This document shows, one piece after another, positions 56,210 through 64,000 of a DNA stretch of 64,000 nucleotides. The position numbers and the translations under genes were made by a program. The stretch is from Thermoproteota archaeon (GTDB lineage: Archaea; Korarchaeota; Korarchaeia; B14-G2): NCBI GenBank assembly GCA_037917675.1, contig JAVCBW010000005.1:32001-96000 (forward strand). The letters are read 5' to 3'. The notes below the pieces were generated by a model. It was not told the DNA's origin and did not search any database. It worked only from the letters and a program-made list of their open reading frames with translations. Every line of letters begins with the position of its first letter. The stretch's first letter is position 1.

Positions 56210-58018
56210 GTGAAGCTGAGAGTAGTTCTGGTAGGCTTGCTCATATCAGAGCTAGTCATAGTGCTCTCATCCTGGGAAGTTAAAGCTTACGTTGGGAAGA
56301 GCAAGTATATAATGTGGGTGAGAGTTGACGAGGAGAAGCTTAGACTTTGCTGCAATCTCACATTTGAGTACTTTAACAGTGAATGTAAGCCGATGAGAGA
56401 TCTATACTTCCATGTATATCCAAATGCGTTCACTGACTATGGAGGTAAGCTTGACATAAGCTGTGTCTCTAGCATCATGAATAGAGCTTTAGAGTATAGC
56501 ATAGAGGGAGCTGATAGGACAGTGCTACATGTAGTTCTGGACAGAGAGGTGAAGCCTGGTAAGGTTCATGCTATCACTATCAACTTCACTGTTTATGTCC
56601 CAGAGAAGCCTGATAGATTTGGATACAGTGGAGGTGTCTTTGCGCTAGGCAACTGGTATCCGATCCTAGCAGTTTATGATGATGAAGGATGGAACTTGGA
56701 TCCTTATTACCCTCATGGAGAGTCCTTTTACAGCGAGATTGCAGACTATGATGTCTACTTCATAGCTCCTAGAGGGATGGTTGTAGCAGCTACTGGAAGC
56801 CTGGTTGAGGAGAGAGAGGATGGAGATTTTGTGATCCAGCACTGGAAGGCAGTTGATGTAAGGGATTTTGCTATAGCCTGCTCAAGGTACTATGAGACGC
56901 TTGAAAACACAGCTCTTAATGGGAAGGTTCATGTGATATCCTATTTCCTCCCTGAAAATGAGGTGGGAGGTAAGGCTGCACTTGAGGCGGCGGTTAAGGC
57001 AGTTGATGCATATAGCAGCTTGTATGGTGAGTATCCGTTTGGAGAGCTTAGGATAGCTGAGGTAGGCGGGTGGTTTGGTGGAATGGAGTATCCTCAGATA
57101 GTTTTCATCTCAAGAAGGCTATATGATGGAAGTGACTTCATGCTTGAGTATGTTGTAGCTCATGAAGTTGGGCACCAGTGGTGGTATAGTGCTGTTGGAA
57201 ATGATGAGAATGATGAGCCTTGGCTAGATGAGGGGCTTACAGAGTTCTCTACAGCCATGTACTTTGAGTGGAACTATGGGAAAGGGTATGCTGAGGAAGT
57301 GTTTGACAGGATGATTAGAGAAGACTACTATAGGTTCCTTGATAGAAGAGGAGATCTACCTATCGCTAGGCCAGTGACATTCTTTGATGACACCCAGGCA
57401 TATTACACCATAGTGTATAGCAAGGGAGCTTTTGTGCTCTGGTATCTTAGGCATATCATTGGAGACGAGAAGTTTTTTGAAGGAATGAGAGAATTCTATA
57501 GGAGATACGTGTTCAAAGTCGCTACGATAGAGGAGTTCAAGGAAACTCTCGAGGAGGTCTTTGACATGGATTTAAGCTGGTTCTTTGAAGACTGGGTTTA
57601 TTCAGCTGGCATACCATCGTATTCGATCACTGGGGGAAGCCTGCTTCAGCTGAGAAACGCCACAGTTGTCCAGTTTCAGGTGAATCGGGTAGGCAAGCAG
57701 AGAGCTTTGGTCCCATTCGTGCTTGAAGCTGACAGGGAAGCTATCTACAGCGGGGTAGTGAATGTGAGTAGTAGCACAGCTTTTGTTAGAGTAGTAGTTA
57801 GTAGGAGGCTTGAGAAGCTAGTTCTTAAGCTTGATCCAGAGGACATTGTACCTGGACGAAGCAACCCGACTGCTGTGATAACTGTAAGAGGAGCTGAGCT
57901 GACGTACACTGAGGCCCATAGAGGATGGAGGAGGCTCAGCTTTCCTCTGATGGCTGCTATTGTATCGAGTGGGCTGCTAGTGTTAGTGCTTAAGAAGAGA
58001 AGAGCTGCCGCCAGCTAA
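56210..58018 (+). CDS. Membrane-anchored extracellular M1 aminopeptidase
   Basis: GGMEYP, HEVGH(x18)E (WLDEG), VYSKG; N-terminal signal and C-terminal TM. Confidence 0.9.
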   Translation: MKLRVVLVGLLISELVIVLSSWEVKAYVGKSKYIMWVRVDEEKLRLCCNLTFEYFNSECKPMRDLYFHVYPNAFTDYGGKLDISCVSSIMNRALEYSIEGADRTVLHVVLDREVKPGKVHAITINFTVYVPEKPDRFGYSGGVFALGNWYPILAVYDDEGWNLDPYYPHGESFYSEIADYDVYFIAPRGMVVAATGSLVEEREDGDFVIQHWKAVDVRDFAIACSRYYETLENTALNGKVHVISYFLPENEVGGKAALEAAVKAVDAYSSLYGEYPFGELRIAEVGGWFGGMEYPQIVFISRRLYDGSDFMLEYVVAHEVGHQWWYSAVGNDENDEPWLDEGLTEFSTAMYFEWNYGKGYAEEVFDRMIREDYYRFLDRRGDLPIARPVTFFDDTQAYYTIVYSKGAFVLWYLRHIIGDEKFFEGMREFYRRYVFKVATIEEFKETLEEVFDMDLSWFFEDWVYSAGIPSYSITGGSLLQLRNATVVQFQVNRVGKQRALVPFVLEADREAIYSGVVNVSSSTAFVRVVVSRRLEKLVLKLDPEDIVPGRSNPTAVITVRGAELTYTEAHRGWRRLSFPLMAAIVSSGLLVLVLKKRRAAAS

Positions 58019-58082
58019 GCTGTGGAGCTGTGGTACAGGAACACTTTAAGTATCAGCTAGGGGCGCGACAGAAGGTGGTAGC

Positions 58083-58751
58083 TTGGAGGTCACATATTAT
58101 GGGCATGCAGCTGTGAAAGTCAAGTCTGATGTCAATATGGTTTTTGACCCATGGGTGAAGGGGAACCCGAAGTTCAAAGGGGACCCCAGGGACATCGAGG
58201 ACGTTGATTTGGTACTCGTGTCACATGACCATGCTGACCATGGATTTAGTGATGCAGTGGAAATATGTAAGAAGACTGGAGCGAGCCTAGTAGGGATATT
58301 TGAGCTGGCGTCTAAAGCAGAGTCTATGGGCGTCAGGTCAGCCATTGGAGGAAACATAGGAGGACCTATTAGGGTTAAGGGTATTGAGGTGATCCTCACT
58401 CCAGCAGCACACTCCTGTTCAGCTGGTAGCCCAGTTGGCTTTGTAGTATTGACCAGTGAGGGAGCTATATACCATGCTGGAGATACAGGGCTCCTCTATG
58501 AGATGAAGCTGATAGGTGAGCTCTATAAGCCTAAGGTGGCTTTTCTGCCAGTTGGAGGATTCTATACGATGGGGGTTAGAGAGGCAGCTAAGGCTGTTGA
58601 GCTGATAGCACCTGAGAAGGTTGTACCCATACACTGGGGGACATTTCCTGTGCTAGAAGAGACGCCAGATAGATTCGTTAAGGAGGTTAAGAAGCTGAAA
58701 GTTGATACTGAGGTCGTCGTGCTGAACCCTGGAGAGAAGACTGAGATATAA
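58083..58751 (+). CDS. UPF0173 metallo-beta-lactamase hydrolase
   Basis: YYGHA, DPW, SHDHADH, YHAGDT, PIHWGTF. Confidence 0.88.
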   Translation: MEVTYYGHAAVKVKSDVNMVFDPWVKGNPKFKGDPRDIEDVDLVLVSHDHADHGFSDAVEICKKTGASLVGIFELASKAESMGVRSAIGGNIGGPIRVKGIEVILTPAAHSCSAGSPVGFVVLTSEGAIYHAGDTGLLYEMKLIGELYKPKVAFLPVGGFYTMGVREAAKAVELIAPEKVVPIHWGTFPVLEETPDRFVKEVKKLKVDTEVVVLNPGEKTEI

Positions 58752-58762
58752 AGGGCTCAGGC

Positions 58763-59512
58763 ATGCCTATTGAGAGAGTTAAGACAGGGATACCTGGACT
58801 TGATGAGGTGCTTCATGGAGGAATCCCTAGGAGAAATGTTGTGTTGCTTTCAGGAGGACCTGGGACAGGCAAGTCCATCTTCGGCCAGCAGTACCTGTAC
58901 AGCGGGCTTAAAGCTGGTGAGAATGGGGTTCTGGTTGCTTTAGAGGAGCATCCTGTCCAGATAAGGGTGAACATGGCTCAGTTTGGGTGGCATGTCCGTG
59001 AGTATGAAGAGCAGCAGAAGTTTGCGATAGTGGATGCCTTTACAGGAGGGATTGGGGAGGCAGCTAAGCGCGAGAGATATGTTGTCAGGGATCCAACAGA
59101 CATCCCATTGCTGGTAGATGTTGTGAGGGCAGCTGTCAAGGAGAATAGTGCCCAGAGAGTTGTCATAGACTCTGTGTCCACACTCTATATCACTAAGCCA
59201 GCTATAGCGAGAAGTGTCGTCTTACAGCTAAAGAGAGTTCTCTCAGGGCTAGGATGCACTTCAGTACTGGTATCTCAGGTGAGTGTGACTGAGAGGGGGT
59301 TTGGGGGGCCTGGAGTAGAGCATGCTGCAGATGGCATCATAAGACTTGACTTAGATGAAGCTGATGGAAGACTATGGAGATCTATGATAGTATGGAAGAT
59401 GAGGGGGACTAGCCACTCGATGCAAAGACACCCATTTGACATAACAGATAAGGGCTTAGTGGTATACCATGATAAGACACTTAAGATATCAAGAGGGGTA
59501 GTTGAGGGATAG
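58763..59512 (+). CDS. Single-domain KaiC-like ATPase (UPF0273 type)
   Basis: [39 protein letters not shown]. Confidence 0.9.
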   Translation: MPIERVKTGIPGLDEVLHGGIPRRNVVLLSGGPGTGKSIFGQQYLYSGLKAGENGVLVALEEHPVQIRVNMAQFGWHVREYEEQQKFAIVDAFTGGIGEAAKRERYVVRDPTDIPLLVDVVRAAVKENSAQRVVIDSVSTLYITKPAIARSVVLQLKRVLSGLGCTSVLVSQVSVTERGFGGPGVEHAADGIIRLDLDEADGRLWRSMIVWKMRGTSHSMQRHPFDITDKGLVVYHDKTLKISRGVVEG

Positions 59513-59516
59513 CTGA

Positions 59517-60011
59517 ATGTCAGGAGAAGTCCCTCTCGCACCTGTTGGTAGAGAAGACATACATAAGCTTGAAGCTGCTCTCCTAGTTAACACCCTATTT
59601 AGACCTGAGGTTCTGGAGGCTATACGGTCGCCTGAGGAGAGGCTAACTTGGATCGATGCCTTAGCTGTAGCAGCTGGTGCACTTGCTAGAGAGAAGGCTA
59701 GGATGAGTATCAGGGAGATAGCTGAAGACCTAGGGAGAACAGAGGCCACTATAAGAGCGCACCTAGCTGGAAAGACCAAGGCAGGGGAGCTTATAAGGAG
59801 AACATATGAGGAGATGCTGAGGAAGGGAGGGAAGATAAGCTATATCCCGCTTCTAGAGCTTCCTGAGGTCAAGGAGCTGGTGGCAGCTCTCAAAGAGCTG
59901 CAGAGCACTATTAAGGTAGCTATAGACTCGCTTTCTAAGCTGCTTGAAAAGCTTGACAAGTTTTCTGGGACACTGACGGTGAAACTCAGTGGAGAAGAGC
60001 AAGGCATCTAG
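59517..60011 (+). CDS. KaiC-associated HTH regulator (COG1318-like) with C-terminal coiled coil
   Basis: TLFRPEV, ERLTWID.LAVAAGALAREKA, IAEDLGRTEATIR.HL.G.TKAG. Confidence 0.82.
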   Translation: MSGEVPLAPVGREDIHKLEAALLVNTLFRPEVLEAIRSPEERLTWIDALAVAAGALAREKARMSIREIAEDLGRTEATIRAHLAGKTKAGELIRRTYEEMLRKGGKISYIPLLELPEVKELVAALKELQSTIKVAIDSLSKLLEKLDKFSGTLTVKLSGEEQGI

Positions 60012-60816
60012 GCCTATCATAGGGGAAGCAGTATACCATTTGGCTTGCAAGAGAGGTGATGTGGAGAAGTATGTATTGATGCCAGGAGACCCAGATAGGG
60101 TCAGCAAGATAGCAAGCTACTGGGATAGCTTTAGAGTCGTCTCGGAACATAGGCAGTATAAGGTGTACAGCGGCGTATACAGGGGAGTTAGGGTCACAGC
60201 ATGCTCTAGCGGGATAGGAGGAGCCTCTACTGCTATAGCTGTAGAGGAGCTAGCTCAACTTGGTGCTGAGACTATAATAAGAGTGGGGAGTACTGGAGCT
60301 ATACAGCCAGGAATAGAGTGTGGGGATCTTGTGATATCTACTGCTGCAGTCAGGTTAGATGGAGCAAGTAGACAGTATGTCATCCCAGAGTATCCGGCTG
60401 TAGCAAGCTATGAAGTTTTACTAGCACTCATTGAGGCAGCAGAGCAGCTTGGAGTAAGGTATCATGTTGGAATAACAGCTTCAACAGACAGCTTCTATAC
60501 TGGCCAGGGGAGGCTAGGGTACAGTGGGTTCCAGCAGAGCTGGATGGAGAATATAGTAAGAGACCTGAGGAAAGCTGGGGTGTTGAGCTTCGAGATGGAG
60601 GCAGCTACACTGTTCACGCTATGCAGCATCTTTGGGCTTAGGGCTGGTGCTGTGTGTGCAGTCTATGCCCAGCGTGTCAGCGACGAGTTTGAGGTAAAGG
60701 GAGAGAAAGAGGCGTGTATGGTAGCAAATGAAGCTGTGAGGATACTACATGAGATGGATGAGGAAAAGGCTAGAGGCTCAAAGAGGCTCTGGCACCCATC
60801 TCTAAGGCTGCTTTAG
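59989..60816 (+). CDS. udp: Uridine phosphorylase
   Basis: PGDPDRV, GIGG.S, IRVGSTG, DSFYTGQ, FEME. Confidence 0.9.
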   Translation: MEKSKASRPIIGEAVYHLACKRGDVEKYVLMPGDPDRVSKIASYWDSFRVVSEHRQYKVYSGVYRGVRVTACSSGIGGASTAIAVEELAQLGAETIIRVGSTGAIQPGIECGDLVISTAAVRLDGASRQYVIPEYPAVASYEVLLALIEAAEQLGVRYHVGITASTDSFYTGQGRLGYSGFQQSWMENIVRDLRKAGVLSFEMEAATLFTLCSIFGLRAGAVCAVYAQRVSDEFEVKGEKEACMVANEAVRILHEMDEEKARGSKRLWHPSLRLL

Positions 60817-61401
60817 GAAAGCTACTATAGCCTTCCTAACCTCTCTGGAGACGACCTCAATAGGAGGAGAGCTATCTACTATGATACAGTCCTCCTCTTC
60901 TGCGAGCTCTAGATACCTTTCCCTCACTCTCCTGAGAGTATCTAGATCCTCGAATAGCTCTAGCTTACCCCTCTGCTGCCTCAGCTTCCGCTCCATAGCT
61001 AGCTGAGGGTCGATGTCAAGCAGTATAGTTAGATCAGGCCTTCCAACTTGGCTGTTTATAGCACGAATCCACCTGATGTCAGCGTATAGAGACTGGTAGG
61101 CATAGGAAGACAGCAGATACCTCTCACAGACGACATCATAGCCTGCTTTTAGGCTCGGAAGTATCAAGTGGTGATAGTGCTCTACTCTGTCAGCTGCAAA
61201 CAGCAACGCTAAAGTCCTCATGTCAATCTTAAGCTCCTTCTTAAGAGCCTTCCTTATCAGGGAGCCTATCAAGCCTCCTGTTGGCTCAGCTGTCTCCACC
61301 ACTCTTCTTCCAGAGCTTCTGAGCCACTCTGCTGCTATCTTAGCCTGAGTAGACACTCCAGCGCCATCTATTCCCTCAAATGCTATGAAGATACGCCTCA
61401 A
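60802..61401 (-). CDS. tmk: Thymidylate kinase
   Basis: FEGIDGAGVST, EPT, LLFAADR, ERY..SS.AYQ, PDLT. Confidence 0.92.
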   Translation of the reverse strand: MRRIFIAFEGIDGAGVSTQAKIAAEWLRSSGRRVVETAEPTGGLIGSLIRKALKKELKIDMRTLALLFAADRVEHYHHLILPSLKAGYDVVCERYLLSSYAYQSLYADIRWIRAINSQVGRPDLTILLDIDPQLAMERKLRQQRGKLELFEDLDTLRRVRERYLELAEEEDCIIVDSSPPIEVVSREVRKAIVAFLKQP

Positions 61402-61492
61402 GGCCTACACCAGAGTACTCGACACATCTGCTAGAGCCTATAGCTGCTAGTGTACAAGTTAATTATAAGGTGCATTACTGCTATAGGTTAGC

Positions 61493-62860
61493 ATGAGAGA
61501 GATAGTGCATCCAGTTGATTACAGGTATGGGTCAAGTGAGATGAGGCATGTTTTCAGCAGAGAGCATAGGCTCGAGCTTATGCTAAGAGTGGAGGCTGCA
61601 CTAGCTGAGGCGCATGCTGAGTTAGGTAACATACCTGAGTGGGCGGCTAAGGCCATCTCAGAGAAGGCTACACTCAAGCATGTAAGGCTAGAGAGAGTCG
61701 ATGAGATAGAGAGGGAGATAAAGCATGAGACAATGGCTGTCGTGAAGGCTTTAGCTGAGGTGTGTGGTGAAGCAGGAGGATACGTGCACTTTGGAGCAAC
61801 ATCAAATGACATATTAGACTGCACGCTCGCCATCCAAATTAAGGAGGCAGCGGAGATAATCGAGAGCAGGCTGGTTGAGCTCCTTAGGGAGCTGGCTCAG
61901 CTAGCAGCCGTATATAAGGAGACTATCTGCTTGGGGCGTACCCATGGGATAGCTGCCTTACCAGTTACTTTTGGATTTAAAATGGCTGTCTTTGCATCAG
62001 AGTTCAAGAGGCACCTGATAAGGCTACGTGATGTGGTAGATAGGGTTTGTGTCGGCAAGATGAGTGGAGCAGTAGGTACCATGGCAGAGTTCGGTGAGAA
62101 GGGGCCTGAGCTCCAGAGAAAGGTCATGAGAAAGCTCGGGATCAAGCCTGCTGAGATATCTACGCAGATAGTCCCCAGAGACCTCCTTGCTGAGTTTATA
62201 TGCTACCTAGGGCTGCTATCCTCCAGCTTAGATAAGCTCGCTAATGAAATAAGGAACCTGCAAAGGACAGAAATAGGAGAGGTTGAGGAGCCGTTTGAGA
62301 GAAGGCAGGTTGGCAGCTCCACCATGCCACACAAGAGGAACCCTGTCAGCTGTGAGAAGGTTTGTGGCCTGGCTAGGGTTGTTAGGGGGCTTGTGCTAGC
62401 TGCTCTAGAGAATGTGGTCTTAGAGCATGAGAGAGACCTAACTAATAGCTCATGTGAGCGTGCTATAGTGCCTGAAGCCTGCCTCCTTGTCGACGAGCAG
62501 CTTAGAACTATGGTCAGAGTCCTCAAAGGGCTTGTGGTCCATGAGGACAGGATGCTTAGAAACCTGCTTTCTGTCAGAGATCTGATCATGTCTGAGGCTA
62601 TCATGCTTGAGGCTGTGAGGAGGGGAGCTGATAGGCAGAAGATGCATGAGGTAATTAGACGCCTAGCCATGAGTGCGATAGAGGGAGGCAAGAGCTTTAG
62701 GGAGCTGCTGAAGCAGAGCAGCGAGATTAAGGAGTATTTCGCTGAGGAGGAGATAGATGAGATGCTAGATCTACGTAGATACATAGGGCTTGCTGCTGAG
62801 ATCGCTGAGAGGATTGCTAGCTCTGTTGCTGAGGCCTTAGGACCCGAGGAAGTCGCTTAG
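61493..62860 (+). CDS. purB: Adenylosuccinate lyase
   Basis: RYGS, HFGATSND, GRTHG, GSSTMPHKRNP, HERDL.NS. Confidence 0.95.
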   Translation: MREIVHPVDYRYGSSEMRHVFSREHRLELMLRVEAALAEAHAELGNIPEWAAKAISEKATLKHVRLERVDEIEREIKHETMAVVKALAEVCGEAGGYVHFGATSNDILDCTLAIQIKEAAEIIESRLVELLRELAQLAAVYKETICLGRTHGIAALPVTFGFKMAVFASEFKRHLIRLRDVVDRVCVGKMSGAVGTMAEFGEKGPELQRKVMRKLGIKPAEISTQIVPRDLLAEFICYLGLLSSSLDKLANEIRNLQRTEIGEVEEPFERRQVGSSTMPHKRNPVSCEKVCGLARVVRGLVLAALENVVLEHERDLTNSSCERAIVPEACLLVDEQLRTMVRVLKGLVVHEDRMLRNLLSVRDLIMSEAIMLEAVRRGADRQKMHEVIRRLAMSAIEGGKSFRELLKQSSEIKEYFAEEEIDEMLDLRRYIGLAAEIAERIASSVAEALGPEEVA

Positions 62861-64000
62861 AGTCCTCTTCTCCCTCTCTATGACTGGCTTGTGCTCTATA
62901 CCAAGCTGGCTGAGTATGCTTGCAGCTATCCTTCTTCCTATTCCAGGTATTCTTGACAGCTCATCTATGCTAGCTGAAGCCAGGTCGCTTAGAGACCTAT
63001 AGCCTGCCTCATAGAGCCTTCTTGCTCTAATCCTGCCAACTCCCTCTAGCTTCACAAGCTCTAGTAGCTCTTCTCTGACACCATGTCTCACTCTCCTCTC
63101 GAGTAGGGAGGTTAAGGCTGATTCCTCCACAAGCCCTAGAGCTCTAGCTATCATTGAAGCTGCCTTTAGAAGCCAGCTTGCAGAATCTACTATCCTCGCT
63201 AGGTCACCTAGCTGTACATTCAGCTTTTCCTCGATCTCCCTCTCGCTTCTCTCGTTTATCCAGCTCACGAGTGCAGCAGTCTTCTTGACAGCTGATAGGA
63301 ATTCACCATACTCAAGCTCATCTAGGGCAGTAGAAACCTCTGGCTGCGGGAACTCCTCTGAGTGTGTGTAGTAGAAATCCAGTAGGCCTCTGACTTCACT
63401 TCTCCTCACAGGTAGGTCTTCCATGTCTGGTGCTGATGCCACCATGTAAATGAAGTATAGAGGAGTCTTCTTGGCTTCACGTAGCATACGCTGGAACAGG
63501 CTCGCTGACTTAGGATCTATATATGACTTAGCTGTAGCTTGGCCTAGCTTAGTTGCTGAAAGCATGTTATCCTTCCTTGATATGAAGCCACCAGAGGCTA
63601 GGTATTTGATCACCTTAGCTATGCTCTTCTGGACTGCTGTCTGGCCATATTGGATGGCGAACAGCGTCTTTGAGAACCTGAAAGCCACCTCGCTCCTGGA
63701 TATAGGCCCCCACGTTGCTATGACACCTAGCACATGCGACCTCAGAGCTGGTGGATTGGAGAGCTTTGATTCTATTGGCTCAGGCTCTCCTCTGATGTAG
63801 CTCTCGAATAGCGCTTCTAGCTCAGCTCTGGACTTAGCTATAATTACAGCCTCCCCCAGCTCATCATATCCTGGTCTGCCAGCTCTCCCACAGTTGTGTA
63901 CGATGACCCCCTCTACTATGTAGGCTGGAGTTGGAGCTAAAGTCAGGTTGTATACTCTCTCAGGGTAGCTTAACTCATGTAGCCATAGGACCTTAGCCCA
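62837..64000 (-). CDS. hel308: Hel308/Hjm Ski2-like helicase, C-terminal part, intein-interrupted (5' part outside window)
   Basis: Frame is open to the window end: CGRAGRPGYD (motif VI), PEPIESKL, T.LG...A.SYIDP, GVGRIRARRLY (RAR motif), HhH. Confidence 0.92.
   Translation of the reverse strand, partial: WAKVLWLHELSYPERVYNLTLAPTPAYIVEGVIVHNCGRAGRPGYDELGEAVIIAKSRAELEALFESYIRGEPEPIESKLSNPPALRSHVLGVIATWGPISRSEVAFRFSKTLFAIQYGQTAVQKSIAKVIKYLASGGFISRKDNMLSATKLGQATAKSYIDPKSASLFQRMLREAKKTPLYFIYMVASAPDMEDLPVRRSEVRGLLDFYYTHSEEFPQPEVSTALDELEYGEFLSAVKKTAALVSWINERSEREIEEKLNVQLGDLARIVDSASWLLKAASMIARALGLVEESALTSLLERRVRHGVREELLELVKLEGVGRIRARRLYEAGYRSLSDLASASIDELSRIPGIGRRIAASILSQLGIEHKPVIEREKRTLSDFLGS
63893..64000 (-). 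mobile_element. Intein C-terminal splicing domain inside hel308
   Basis: WAKV...ERVYNLTLAPTPAYIVEGVIVHN followed by Cys(+1)-GRAGRP; blocks F and G with terminal His-Asn. Confidence 0.9.

Noticed and set aside
1-64000. CRISPR array, rRNA, transposase or integrase
   Set aside because: No regularly spaced repeats, rRNA-like tracts or mobile-enzyme motifs seen; gaps are too short to hold them.

Overview
Gene-dense (about 60 CDS, one tRNA) core-genome segment of an archaeon, most likely a thermophilic, anaerobic, peptide-fermenting TACK/Thermoproteota-type organism. This rests on archaeal SAM synthetase, ABCE1, RIO2, Hel308, short XPF, deoxyhypusine synthase, aKMT, GGTGA ribosome-binding sites, TATA boxes and frequent TTG starts. 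The window holds a peptide ABC transporter, tRNA-Asp(GUC), SAM-cycle genes, a protein O-mannosyltransferase, Ig-like surface proteins, a PDH2-like flavoprotein operon extended by a CoA-disulfide reductase/NADH oxidase and a lipoyl H-protein beside lipS2, a GlcD/GlcF(HdrD)-type pair, fumarase, IorAB, tandem PAC2 chaperones and a KaiC-like module. I see no CRISPR, rRNA, transposase or integrase. The most notable observations are: a circularly permuted family-5 binding protein; an orphan NiFe-hydrogenase large subunit; the dehydrogenase/CoADR/H-protein/LipS2 cluster with a divergent beta subunit; a 55-aa Cys-rich microprotein missed by the ORF track in front of aKMT; conserved genes that seem to need CTG/ATT starts; an intein in Hel308 motif VI; an AspRS with an altered amino-acid pocket; and overlap or abutment at every convergent gene junction. 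All calls come from reading motifs by eye; no database searches were run.
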